From a bacterium (lineage in GTDB: Bacteria; Patescibacteriota; Minisyncoccia; UBA6257; GWB1-50-10): 64,000 nucleotides of DNA. Numbering within the stretch: position 1 is the stretch's first letter; every line of letters starts with the position of its first letter. The translations under genes and the position numbers were made by a program. The notes beneath the pieces are model-generated. The model was not told where the DNA came from. It was given only the letters and a program-made list of their open reading frames with translations, and did no database searches. Below are positions 55,582 to 64,000 of this stretch, piece after piece. The stretch is from assembly GCA_030647415.1 (NCBI GenBank), contig JAUSKB010000026.1:74894-138893 (forward strand). The letters are read 5' to 3'.

Positions 55582-56079
55582 ATGAATTTTCAGGTCCCCC
55601 AATTCATCTCGGAAAAGGCCCACATCATCGGGCCGCTCACCTTCGCCCAGCTCGGCTACCTCATGGGCGCGGGCTTTATCGCGTTCCTTTTCTTCTCATT
55701 TTTCACGCCGTTCGTCGCGGGCTCGTTTTCTGCGGTGTTTGTCGGGGTCGCGCTCGCGCTCGCGCTCGGAAAGTTCAATGGGGTGAGTATTGCATCCATC
55801 CTTGTCGGCGCGGTCGGGTACCTCTGGAAGCCACGGGTGTACACCTGGCAACGGACATTTGCCACACAGACCTTTGACGCCTCAAGCGTAGATAAAATAG
55901 AGGCGATGCGGCGGAAGATGGGCGTCGAGGAAAAACTCAAGGCGATTGCGCTTTCGGTCACCACCGGAAAGATCTTCGCGCCAAAGGCGCCGGAGGTCGC
56001 CGCTGATGCCCAGCGATTCCAAATGGTGAGCTACCTGACCGGTGAAAAGAAGCTCGCGAAGAGAATCGACTACAGGTAG
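55582..56079 (+). CDS. small membrane protein, possibly VirB3-like (by position upstream of virB4)
   Basis: 166 aa from the internal ATG; 2-3 TM helices; matches the VirB3-VirB4 gene order. Confidence 0.3.
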   Translation: MNFQVPQFISEKAHIIGPLTFAQLGYLMGAGFIAFLFFSFFTPFVAGSFSAVFVGVALALALGKFNGVSIASILVGAVGYLWKPRVYTWQRTFATQTFDASSVDKIEAMRRKMGVEEKLKAIALSVTTGKIFAPKAPEVAADAQRFQMVSYLTGEKKLAKRIDYR

Positions 56080-56089
56080 AATAAGGTAA

Positions 56090-56228
56090 GCTCTAAATCC
56101 GAAACCCTAAATCCTAAACAAATTCGAAATTCCAAACACACTCATAAATGATGATGAAACATGATGCCATTTCGAATTTCGTGCTTGGAATTTGTTTAGA
56201 GTTTCGATATTAGGATTTAGAATTTCTA
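56090..56228. repeat. Family C palindromic element C3 (forward and reverse arms, no cargo)
   Basis: GCTCTAAATCCGAAACCCTAAATCCTAAACAAATTCGAAATTCCAA ... TTGGAATTTGTTTAGAGTTTCGATATTAGGATTTAGAATTTC. Confidence 0.8.
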
Positions 56229-56893
56229 TGGAAAAGGGTCTCCCCACACAATCATTTGTCGCCGTCAAAGAGGTTCGAAACGGCATCGTCCACCTGAAAG
56301 ACGGCGGCCTGCGCCAGCTCCTCATCGTCTCCGGCGTGAACTTCGACCTGAAGGCGGAGGAGGAGCAGGCACTTATTCTGAACACCTTCCAAAATTTCCT
56401 GAACACGCTCGACTTCACGATGCAGTGCTTCATCCATTCCCGGAAGGTGAATGTGGACACCTACCTGGACCGCATGCGCTCGCGGCAGCTCGAGGAACCG
56501 AATGAGCTCTTGAAGATCCAGATTGCCGAGTATATCGACTTCATCGCCGCGTTCGTGGACCAGAACGCCATCATATCAAAAACCTTCTTTGTGGTGGTCC
56601 CGTACGATCCGCCAGTGACGTCCGGAGCGGCGACCAAGGGCGTGCTTGGCTTCTTCAAGAAACGCGAGGCGGCGACGGTCATCGCGGACGAGGCGGCAAC
56701 GCTCCAGGAGCACTTGAAGCAGCTCGAACAGCGGGTGACACAGGCGACCGAGGGCCTCCTCCAGATCGGGCTACGGGCAGTCCGGCTCCGCGACGACGAG
56801 ACCATCGAGTTGTTCTACAACCTCTACAATCCGGAACTGGTCGAGAAGAAGGGGCTCGACATAGCAAAGCCAGACAAAGCCGGAAAATCCTAA
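56228..56893 (+). CDS. virB4: VirB4/ConE-family ATPase, N-terminal fragment (split gene)
   Basis: 222 aa; IVHLKDGGLRQLLIVSGVNFDLKAEEEQALILNTFQNFLNTLDFTMQ fits the CagE/TrbE/VirB4 N-terminal domain pattern; 222+587 aa equals a normal VirB4 length. Confidence 0.5.
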   Translation: MEKGLPTQSFVAVKEVRNGIVHLKDGGLRQLLIVSGVNFDLKAEEEQALILNTFQNFLNTLDFTMQCFIHSRKVNVDTYLDRMRSRQLEEPNELLKIQIAEYIDFIAAFVDQNAIISKTFFVVVPYDPPVTSGAATKGVLGFFKKREAATVIADEAATLQEHLKQLEQRVTQATEGLLQIGLRAVRLRDDETIELFYNLYNPELVEKKGLDIAKPDKAGKS

Positions 56894-57012
56894 GCACGAA
56901 ACCCTAAATCCTAAACAAACCCGAATGTTCCAAATCCGAAACGGTGCGCATGCGTTTGTGGTTTCGTGCTTCGATATTGTTTCGGATTTCGATATTAGAA
57001 TTTAGGATTTCT
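56893..57012. repeat. Family C palindromic element C4, lying between the two virB4 fragments
   Basis: AGCACGAAACCCTAAATCCTAAACAAACCCGAATGTTCCAAATCCGAAAC ... GTTTCGTGCTTCGATATTGTTTCGGATTTCGATATTAGAATTTAGGATTTCT. Confidence 0.8.
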
Positions 57013-57038
57013 AACACAGAACTTATACCACTACGACC

Positions 57039-58802
57039 ATGAAGTTCTCCATCCCTAAAGCCTACACCCCCTCTCCCGACGACCTGCCGAGCGTCATCGC
57101 GCCTGCGGGTGTCGAGGTGAATCCGTCGCACCTGAAGCTTGGCGACTACCTCGTGAAGACCTTCTTCATCTTCACCTACCCGCGGTACCTCACCTCGAGC
57201 TGGTTCTCGCCCATCATCAATCTGACGGAGATGATGGAGATCTCGATCTTCTTCCACCCGATGGACACCGCGACGGCGCTCCGGGACCTTCGGAAGAAGG
57301 TGACGCAAATCGAGGCGGAGCTTTCCGAAAAGGAGGAGAAGGGGCTGGTGCGGGACCCGCAGCTCGAGACGGCGTACCAGGACGTGGAATCACTCCGCGA
57401 CTCGCTCCTCCAGGCGCGCGAGAAGCTGTTCTCGGTCGCTGTCTACATCACTCTTTACGGGAGGAACGCGGACGACCTCGAGAAGGTCGCGCAGGCGACG
57501 CAATCCCTCCTTGAGTCAAAGCTGGTGTATATGAAACCGGCGCTCTTCCGCCAAATCGAGGGATTTACCTCCATGCTTCCCATTGGACGCGACGTGCTGG
57601 AAATTCGGACCCCCTTGAACTCCGGCCCCGCCTCCTCGCTCTTCCCCTTCGTCTCGCCGGACCTCTCGTCGGACAAGGGAATCCTGTACGGCGTGAACCT
57701 CCACAACAACTCGCTTGTCATCTTCGACCGCTTCTCGCTCGAGAACGCGAACTCGGTCATCTTCGCAAAATCCGGTGCTGGAAAATCGTTCACCGCGAAG
57801 CTCCAAATCCTCCGGTCGCTCATGGTCGGCACGAACGTCATTGTCATCGACCCGGAGAACGAGTACCAGAACCTTGCGAACGCCATCGGCGGCAGCTACT
57901 TCAAGATCTCTCTCACCTCCCCGAACCATGTGAACCCGTTCGACATCCCCCTTATGCCCGCGGGGGAGGAGCCGGCAGACGTCTTCAAGTCGCACGTCCT
58001 GAATCTCACTGGCCTCGTGAAGCTCATGCTGGGCGCCATCACGCCGGAGGAGGACTCACTCCTCGACCGTGTTATTACCGAGACCTATGCCTCCCGCGAC
58101 ATCACCGCGGCGACCTTCGGCGAAGCCAAGGAAGAGCTGAATCCACCCCTCCTCGAGGACCTGCAAATTATTCTCCAGAACACCGAGGGCGGACAGGGAA
58201 TGTCCCAGCGCCTTGAGAAGTTCGTGCACGGCTCGTACGCCGGGTTCACGAACGCGCCGACGAACGTCGACATCAAGAACCGGCTCATCGTCTTTTCGAT
58301 GCGCGACCTCGAGGAGGAGCTCCGGCCGGTCGCGATGTACATCATCACGAACTTCATCTGGAACCTCATCCGCTCGGAGTTGAAACCCCGGCTCCTCATG
58401 ATCGACGAGGCGTGGATCATGATGAAGTATAAGGATTCGGCGCAGTTTCTCTTCGGCCTCGTGAAGCGCGCCCGAAAGTACTACCTCGGCATCACCACCA
58501 TCTCCCAGGAGGTTGAGGATTTCCTGAAATCTGACTATGGCCGCCCCATCATCACGAACTCCTCCATTCAGCTCCTGATGAAGCAGTCGCCGACCTCCAT
58601 CGAGGCGGTCGCGAAGGCGTTCGACCTGACCGAGGGGGAGCGGGAGCTCCTCCTTGAGGCGGGGATCGGCGAGGGGCTCTTCTTCGCGGGATTGAAACAC
58701 GTCGCCATTAAGGTGGTCGCCTCATACACCGAGGACCAGATTATTACTACCAACCCGGAACAGCTGCTGGAGGCGAAGGGGCTCGGGGGACAGAAGACAT
58801 AA
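57039..58802 (+). CDS. virB4: VirB4/TrbE/ConE-family type IV secretion ATPase, C-terminal portion
   Basis: 587 aa; Walker A FAKSGAGKSFT at about residue 247, Walker B LLMIDEAW; placing Walker A at residue 247 of a full-length protein would be unusually far N-terminal, consistent with a missing N-terminus. Confidence 0.85.
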   Translation: MKFSIPKAYTPSPDDLPSVIAPAGVEVNPSHLKLGDYLVKTFFIFTYPRYLTSSWFSPIINLTEMMEISIFFHPMDTATALRDLRKKVTQIEAELSEKEEKGLVRDPQLETAYQDVESLRDSLLQAREKLFSVAVYITLYGRNADDLEKVAQATQSLLESKLVYMKPALFRQIEGFTSMLPIGRDVLEIRTPLNSGPASSLFPFVSPDLSSDKGILYGVNLHNNSLVIFDRFSLENANSVIFAKSGAGKSFTAKLQILRSLMVGTNVIVIDPENEYQNLANAIGGSYFKISLTSPNHVNPFDIPLMPAGEEPADVFKSHVLNLTGLVKLMLGAITPEEDSLLDRVITETYASRDITAATFGEAKEELNPPLLEDLQIILQNTEGGQGMSQRLEKFVHGSYAGFTNAPTNVDIKNRLIVFSMRDLEEELRPVAMYIITNFIWNLIRSELKPRLLMIDEAWIMMKYKDSAQFLFGLVKRARKYYLGITTISQEVEDFLKSDYGRPIITNSSIQLLMKQSPTSIEAVAKAFDLTEGERELLLEAGIGEGLFFAGLKHVAIKVVASYTEDQIITTNPEQLLEAKGLGGQKT

Positions 58803-58868
58803 GATAAAAACAATTTCCAAGTCCCAATTTCTAATTTCTAAAAATACTAAGAAAAAGGATAGATATAT

Positions 58869-59432
58869 ATGGACGAGCACAAAAAATTCACCGAGGCGGA
58901 GATGCTCGTGGGGGTGCTCCTCCTCACCCTCCCCGTTGACGCGCTCTCCTTCCTCATCGACTGGACCGGGATTGGTCTCGCGATCGCACCGATCATCCAG
59001 AGCGCAGCGATGTTCGGCATCTGGTTGTGGCTCCGCTCGAAGGGGGACACGGCGTCCGTGAAACTCGGGAAACAGCTTCTGCGCTACCTCTCAAACCTCC
59101 TACCGCTTTTGCCGACCGTCACCATCGTCTTCTTGATCGAGGTGTACCTCCACAATCATCCGGAAACCAGCATCGCGAAAGTAGCGCAGGGGGTGAATGC
59201 GGCGAAGGCGGGAATGGGTGCGACCGGAGGCGCCGCCGCGCGCCTCAAGGCCGCCCGAACGGCGTACCGCGAGGCGCCGGTGGATATGAAACAGATCGAG
59301 GCAATGGAGCGAGCACGGGCTGGAGCCCGCCCGGCAGTGCGCCACAACGTACCGTCGCCAGCCGGAAATCCCGCTCCGGTTCAAACTACCTCGTCGGAGG
59401 AGGCTGATGATAAAATTCGAATGGCCGCATAA
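58869..59432 (+). CDS. hypothetical membrane protein (T4SS-like cluster)
   Basis: 187 aa; 2-3 TM helices; A/R-rich tail. Confidence 0.45.
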   Translation: MDEHKKFTEAEMLVGVLLLTLPVDALSFLIDWTGIGLAIAPIIQSAAMFGIWLWLRSKGDTASVKLGKQLLRYLSNLLPLLPTVTIVFLIEVYLHNHPETSIAKVAQGVNAAKAGMGATGGAAARLKAARTAYREAPVDMKQIEAMERARAGARPAVRHNVPSPAGNPAPVQTTSSEEADDKIRMAA

Positions 59433-59461
59433 GGGTCTGCTTCGTGATACAATAGGGGTGT

Positions 59462-60151
59462 ATGGATTTCGCGCGCCACGTCGTATCGCTCGCTATTCTC
59501 GCGGGGATCCTCGGAACACTTACGTTCATTCCCGCACGAGCCCAAGAGCCACCACAAGCGTCCGGGTTGAATCTCATCCTCACCTGGGAGGCGGAGGTTT
59601 TCTCGCCGCCCAGCTACCGCGGCAGGAGTATCCCCCCGCCCGGCGGAGCGGCGGTGGTGATGCTTGCGGCGACGGACGGCCGGGGGGCGCTCACTGACCT
59701 CTCACCGTACCGGATCACCTGGTCGCGCGGCGGAAAGTTCGTGGAGGGCGGGACGGGCCTCACCACCCGCTCCCTCACCCTCGGCGCGAGCCCAAACCGG
59801 GAACTGGTGCGCGCGTCGGTCTACGGCTCGACCGGAGACCTCGTCGCGGAGGTGTCAATGATTATCCCCACGGCAAAGCCACGCATCGTGCTCTCCCCAG
59901 AACCGGCGGCTGAAAATCCAGGGTTCATTCTCCTCCGCGCCCTCCTCCTCTCATTCAGCGTCCCTGATATCGAGGACATCACCGTGTCTTGGGACGTTCC
60001 CGGGGGGGCGCCGGGCGACTCGTTCGACACCTTTTTCGTTCCCGCGGTTCCCAACCTATCCGTTGTGGGATCTGTCACCGCGCGGAACCCTCAACGGGTG
60101 CTCGAGTATGCGAAGCAGTTCATTAAATTGCCCTATGCGACATTCGAGTAA
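59462..60151 (+). CDS. secreted hypothetical protein (T4SS-like cluster)
   Basis: 229 aa with a signal peptide. Confidence 0.45.
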   Translation: MDFARHVVSLAILAGILGTLTFIPARAQEPPQASGLNLILTWEAEVFSPPSYRGRSIPPPGGAAVVMLAATDGRGALTDLSPYRITWSRGGKFVEGGTGLTTRSLTLGASPNRELVRASVYGSTGDLVAEVSMIIPTAKPRIVLSPEPAAENPGFILLRALLLSFSVPDIEDITVSWDVPGGAPGDSFDTFFVPAVPNLSVVGSVTARNPQRVLEYAKQFIKLPYATFE

Positions 60152-60596
60152 AATTTTCTGGCTCGCGCTCCCCGCGCTCCTTCTAGTCGCATCGCAGGTC
60201 GAGGCGCGCGCGGGCTTCCTCGGCGCCTCATCCACCGAGGATTTCATCTCAAAGCTCTACACCTACAGCATCGGGTTGGGCGGCCTCCTCGCAGTCGGCG
60301 CGATCGTCACGGGCGGCATCCTCATCGCGACCTCCGGGGTCGTGAACAAGCAGCAGCTCGGCCGCGACCTCATCGCCGGGGCGCTCTGGGGGCTCGCCCT
60401 CCTCTTAGGCGCCTATTTCCTTCTAAAGACCGTAAACCCGCAACTCGTTAAATTGAAAGTGCCCGGCATCACACTCTGCACTGGCACCCAAACACCGGAG
60501 CGCGACGGGTGTCTCAAGGCCTGCGTTCCGCGCGAGAACAAGATCCCCGGCGTCGAGTGCTACCCGACGGCGGCAACCACGACTCCTCCCATCTAA
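60135..60596 (+). CDS. VirB2-like pilin-type protein with a C-terminal 4-Cys tail
   Basis: Signal peptide; helix-VVNKQQLGRD-helix architecture; start chosen at the internal ATG overlapping the previous gene. Confidence 0.4.
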   Translation: MRHSSKIFWLALPALLLVASQVEARAGFLGASSTEDFISKLYTYSIGLGGLLAVGAIVTGGILIATSGVVNKQQLGRDLIAGALWGLALLLGAYFLLKTVNPQLVKLKVPGITLCTGTQTPERDGCLKACVPRENKIPGVECYPTAATTTPPI

Positions 60597-60611
60597 CATC
60601 TCCACTATGAT

Positions 60612-60716
60612 GCGTCCCGTTAGAAATCTAACGCTTATGAAACATCACGCGAATCACCACAGAAACTGCACATCAGCCGTGTCGGCGGCTGGAACCAATC
60701 CAAATTTCTAACGGGA
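60612..60716. repeat. Family A palindromic element, degenerate copy A13; the right end is followed directly by the ATG at 60716
   Basis: GCGTCCCGTTAGAAATCTAACG ... CAAATTTCTAACGGGATGCG. Confidence 0.7.
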
Positions 60717-61927
60717 TGCGCCTCTGGATAAAAATCGCTCTCTTCTCGATCCTGCTCGTTGTAGTCGGCGTTGGTGTCTACTTCGCGCTCTCAAATCGCG
60801 GACCGGCTATCGTCGAACTGCCTCCGGGCGGGAGGGGTCCCGGCGGCTTTCCCATCCCGTATGCGAGCGGCACTCCGGGAGCTGGCGGATCTGGTGGAGG
60901 CAGCACTACATCAACCGTGCCAGAGAGACCGGAAACGCCCGCTCCAGCCGAAGTCAGCGTTACGCCGATCTCCGACCACCCGGTCTTCGACTTCTGGATG
61001 AACCCGGCGACCAGTGAGGTGTTCTACCTCGCGGCGGACGGTAGGGTCTTCCGGGAACGCGACGGTTTAGATGAGGCGCTCTCAAGCGAGGAGTTATATA
61101 ATCTCATCTCGGTCGAGGTATCCACCGACCGGCAGCGTGTGCTCGTATCGCTCGGTGCCACACATGCTCCAGAGTGGCGTATATTCGACATACTCGACCG
61201 CGCCTGGCGCCCCCTGCCGCCGGGAATTGTCGCCGCCACCTGGGGGTCCAGACCGGACCGCATCATTGCCCAGGTGAGCCGCCCCGCCGAGTCGCGGAAG
61301 CTCGTCGAGGTGGACCTCTCCCGCCCCTCGTTTCCCGAGACGGCGCTCGTGGCGAACTTCGAGCTATTGAACGTCTCGCTCCACGCCGTGCGGCAAAACA
61401 CCCTCCTCATAACCGAACAACCGTCAGAGAAAACGAACGGTCGGGTCTGGAACTTCGATCTCACGAGGAAGACGCTTTCCCTGCTCTTCACTCCCTCGCC
61501 GGGGCTTATGGTATCCATTCCGAGGAACGGCTCGGTGGGGTTTCTCTCTATGTCGCCTCGGGAGTTCCAGATCTTTTCGTTCGGCGCAGGCATCCAGCCG
61601 CTCGCCGCGGTTCCCTTCAGGACCTTCCCGCAAAAGTGCGCCCTCGCCGCGAGCACCACCCTCTGCTTCGCCCCCGTCCGTTTCACCGGGCTTCTCTCGT
61701 CGCTCTCCCTCCCCGACGACTGGCTCTCCGGCGCGGCAATCGCGACGGACCAGCTTTTCCGCACGAACCTCACGGACGGCGAGACGGACCTCATGTTCTC
61801 GAGTGGCGAGACGGACCTCCCGGCACTCGACGCGGTCCGCGTCGAGGCGGCTGCGAATGACCTCTATGTTTTAAACCGGCGCGACCGGACGCTCTACCGC
61901 GTCACCATGCCCGCACAAACCCCATGA
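60716..61927 (+). CDS. hypothetical membrane-anchored protein (G-rich linker, possible beta-propeller domain)
   Basis: 403 aa; TM anchor; GGSGGGSTTS linker. Confidence 0.45.
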   Translation: MRLWIKIALFSILLVVVGVGVYFALSNRGPAIVELPPGGRGPGGFPIPYASGTPGAGGSGGGSTTSTVPERPETPAPAEVSVTPISDHPVFDFWMNPATSEVFYLAADGRVFRERDGLDEALSSEELYNLISVEVSTDRQRVLVSLGATHAPEWRIFDILDRAWRPLPPGIVAATWGSRPDRIIAQVSRPAESRKLVEVDLSRPSFPETALVANFELLNVSLHAVRQNTLLITEQPSEKTNGRVWNFDLTRKTLSLLFTPSPGLMVSIPRNGSVGFLSMSPREFQIFSFGAGIQPLAAVPFRTFPQKCALAASTTLCFAPVRFTGLLSSLSLPDDWLSGAAIATDQLFRTNLTDGETDLMFSSGETDLPALDAVRVEAAANDLYVLNRRDRTLYRVTMPAQTP

Positions 61928-62961
61928 AGCGCATCGGTATTATATTTGTGCTTTCTGCCGCGCTTGGTGTCTCACTTGCGCCCGCCGTCGCCATCGCGCG
62001 CTCGCTCACGAACCCCATCTGGGATGGGCGGTACCCGGTCTCCTGCAATGTGGGGGGATCACCGTGTACCTTCTGCGACCTCCTGAAGGTGGGCGCGAAC
62101 ATTATTGACACCCTGACCCTGCTCGTCATTCCCATCGGCGCCGCAGTCATCGTCTACGGCGGCTTCCGCATCATGACGGCCGGGAGCTCGCCAACCGGTC
62201 TTTCAACTGGAAAAGAGGCGATGAAGATGGCGGGTATCGGCATCGCCATCTCCCTCTCCGGGTGGCTCATTGTGAACACCGTCTTCTCCCTCCTCTCGGG
62301 CGGCGGGTCCCTGACCGCCATCCAGTGCCCCGCGGGCGATATATTCACCAGGGTTCCCTACATACCGGTGGGCGCGGACTGCAGCAGAATCAAGCTCTCA
62401 ATGTCAGGCGATACCCCTCTCGGCACCGTCTGGACGGTGCAGGATGCCACCGCGCGCGGCTACTCACCGACTACCTGGTGCAAACCTGAAAAAGTGGGTT
62501 CAAACCTGATTACAATTCAGAGTGAAATCTCCTGGCTTCAAGAAACAACAAGCCGCAGTATTACACCAAACTCAGCCTTTCGCCCAAAGTCATACCAGAA
62601 ACACCTCCGAGAGGTATGGGATGCGAAGCAACTCCTCACCGAGATTCCCACGCTCACCGCAAACTGTGCCGCCGACGCAGCAATCGTAAACTCGGAGTTC
62701 TCACGCCACGGACTCAATTCGAGAGTGTCTGATGAGGGTAGCAGCCCCCACGAGCGCGGCTACGGCGTGGACCTTTCGATCGGCGGATGCGGAAACGCAA
62801 ATTTTACAGGACAGTGCTCAGAGCTCTACGACAGAATTGATACAATCCTAAAGAGCACGCAGGACAACCATATACCAAAACTCAAGTGGAACAAGATTCG
62901 GGGAGACGAGGTACACTTCGACCTTCTCCCGACCCAGCGGCAGGAAAACAGGGGGTGCTAG
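61924..62961 (+). CDS. fusion protein: VirB2-like pilin domain + peptidase M15 (VanY/LAS-type) cell-wall hydrolase domain
   Basis: N-terminus: signal peptide, helix-TAGSSPTGLSTGKEAMKM-helix; C-terminus: SPHERGYGVDL matches the LAS metallopeptidase SxHxxGxAxD motif. Confidence 0.5.
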   Translation: MKRIGIIFVLSAALGVSLAPAVAIARSLTNPIWDGRYPVSCNVGGSPCTFCDLLKVGANIIDTLTLLVIPIGAAVIVYGGFRIMTAGSSPTGLSTGKEAMKMAGIGIAISLSGWLIVNTVFSLLSGGGSLTAIQCPAGDIFTRVPYIPVGADCSRIKLSMSGDTPLGTVWTVQDATARGYSPTTWCKPEKVGSNLITIQSEISWLQETTSRSITPNSAFRPKSYQKHLREVWDAKQLLTEIPTLTANCAADAAIVNSEFSRHGLNSRVSDEGSSPHERGYGVDLSIGGCGNANFTGQCSELYDRIDTILKSTQDNHIPKLKWNKIRGDEVHFDLLPTQRQENRGC

Positions 62962-63114
62962 CGGCATAACTCACAATAAACAACCTACAACAAACAACGG
63001 AATACACTGAACCGCCCTCATGGGGGCGATCCGTGTTGTCGGCCACTACGTTTTCGGTTGAGGCTCCGACTCTGTGTGTGGCAGATATCAGAGTTGTTGG
63101 TTGTAGGTTGTCGA

Positions 63115-63546
63115 TCACTCCGGAATCTGCTTCACAACCACCCGGCGCTCCTTGCCCTCGCCAGCGCTTTCGGTCTTCAGCGTCGGGTGCGCGGCGATCT
63201 CCACATGCACCAGCCGGCGCTCGTAGGCATTCATCGGCGGGAGCTCCACATCCTCTTTCGTCATAGTCGCCCGCTTCGCGGCGGCGCGCGCGAGCTCGGC
63301 GATCAACCGTTCGCGTTCCTTCCGGTAGTAGTTCAGGTCAATAACAAATGACTGCTTCCCTTCCCGGCGCAAGATGAGGTTGAAGATGTAGTCGAGCGAG
63401 GTGACGAGCGTCGAGAGGTTCGCGCGCACCACATCGTCATCGAGCACGATGGAAACCCGCCGGTGCTCTTCGTCCACGGTGACCTTCGCTTCGCGGCACT
63501 GGAGGTGTCCGACGATTATATTGAATTTTTCGATGATTTGCTTCAT
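63115..63546 (-). CDS. jag: Jag/KhpB (KH + R3H RNA-binding protein)
   Basis: R3H signature NAYERRLVHVEIAAHP; downstream of yidC as in the conserved yidC-jag operon. Confidence 0.8.
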   Translation of the reverse strand: MKQIIEKFNIIVGHLQCREAKVTVDEEHRRVSIVLDDDVVRANLSTLVTSLDYIFNLILRREGKQSFVIDLNYYRKERERLIAELARAAAKRATMTKEDVELPPMNAYERRLVHVEIAAHPTLKTESAGEGKERRVVVKQIPE

Positions 63547-64000
63547 ATGTCTTTTATCCTTTTTCTTTTATCTTTTGGGTCTGCTGTCTGCCTGTCCATC
63601 GCGCGGTTAATATACACCTGTTGCACCACCGAGAAAAGTGTGGAAATGAGCCAGTAGAGCCCCAAGGCCGCGGGGAGGTTCATGAGTACGACGACGGTAA
63701 GTATCGGTCCCACAATAATCATGACCTTCCCTACTGCAGCGGCGCTGGACTTCGCGGGTGTGGTCTTTGGTGGTATTGAAAGCTTTCCTTGGAGGTATTG
63801 GAGCGCGGCGGCAATTAGTATGATTGGAATGCTCTTCGCGCTTAGGTCAACAAACCCAAGTAGAGTGTGGGTAGCGAACACCGTTCCAGCAAGCTCGCGA
63901 CTGAAAATTTGGAAGAGCGCAAAAAAAATCGGCAACTGGAGGATGAGGAGAAAGATGCTCGAGAATGGGTTTAGTTTGTGCTCTTTATAGAGCGCCATGA
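63543..64000 (-). CDS. yidC: membrane protein insertase YidC, C-terminal part (N-terminus beyond the window end)
   Basis: LYKEHKLNPFSS and the following hydrophobic helices match the YidC/Oxa1 core; the true ORF is probably open through position 64000. Confidence 0.75.
   Translation of the reverse strand, partial: MALYKEHKLNPFSSIFLLILQLPIFFALFQIFSRELAGTVFATHTLLGFVDLSAKSIPIILIAAALQYLQGKLSIPPKTTPAKSSAAAVGKVMIIVGPILTVVVLMNLPAALGLYWLISTLFSVVQQVYINRAMDRQTADPKDKRKRIKDI

Noticed and set aside
55066-57012. Telomere-like CCCTAAA motifs inside the family C repeats
   Set aside because: This is a coincidental resemblance to plant telomere repeats. The motifs are part of longer inverted-repeat arms in a bacterial genome.

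Overview
This 64-kb window is a high-GC (~60%) chromosomal segment, probably from a small-genome CPR/Patescibacteria-like bacterium. Between its housekeeping genes lies an unusually dense population of small mobile or structured DNA elements.

**Housekeeping genes.** holA (partial), yraN, ftsH, glyA-folD, recA, rodZ-like, ftsK, rpsA, gyrA, a protein O-mannosylation set (PMT, ArnT-like glycosyltransferase, Dpm1-like synthase), rpsO followed by an NYN-domain gene and pnp, dksA/traR-like, comM, ksgA, jag and yidC (partial). Three tRNAs are present: Ile-UAU, Val-UAC and Leu-UAG.

**Main findings.**
- **Family A palindromic elements.** At least 13 copies of a ~100-bp intergenic element have conserved ~19-25-bp inverted ends (CCTGTTAGARNTTTACA...TGTAAANYTCTAACAGG) and a unique centre in each copy. 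One copy is nested inside another. Several abut start codons, and two even supply the identical first three codons ATGAACCTC.
- **Two TIR-flanked cassettes of 23S-IVS-type genes.** A GxxExxY PD-(D/E)XK gene is bracketed by TAATAATGCGAAT-type inverted repeats. A four-helix-bundle (Avd-like) gene is bracketed by TAAATCCTAAAC-type inverted repeats. Both have 'empty' palindromic derivatives nearby.
- **Type IV secretion-like locus (49.8-63 kb).** It contains VirB6/TrbL-like, VirB3-like and VirB4 genes, VirB2-like pilins and a pilin fused to an M15 peptidase. virB4 is split into two ORFs by one of the TAAATCCTAAAC palindromic elements. A separate tandem trio of Cys-rich VirB2-like pilin genes sits at 29.3-30.6 kb.
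- **A 28-bp dispersed repeat inserted in-frame.** It lies inside three protein-coding genes, in three different frames or orientations, in a manner resembling Rickettsia palindromic elements.
- **GyrA mini-intein.** A 161-aa AT-rich mini-intein is inserted between GNWG and SIDGD, which is not the canonical Mxe GyrA site.
- **Two low-GC islets.** Both begin with the same promoter sequence. One carries a DnaA-box-like inverted repeat plus four GTGTAAAACA iterons, which looks like a replication origin.
- **Smaller items.** A phosphomannomutase gene is frameshifted at an A6 run. A tRNA-Val 3'-end duplication may be an att scar. A wHTH + Cas2-like protein is flanked by hairpin repeats beside tRNA-Leu. 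A 57-aa integrase remnant lies next to a family A copy. G8-G11 tracts cluster in one gene. A perfect 42-bp palindrome has no spacer.
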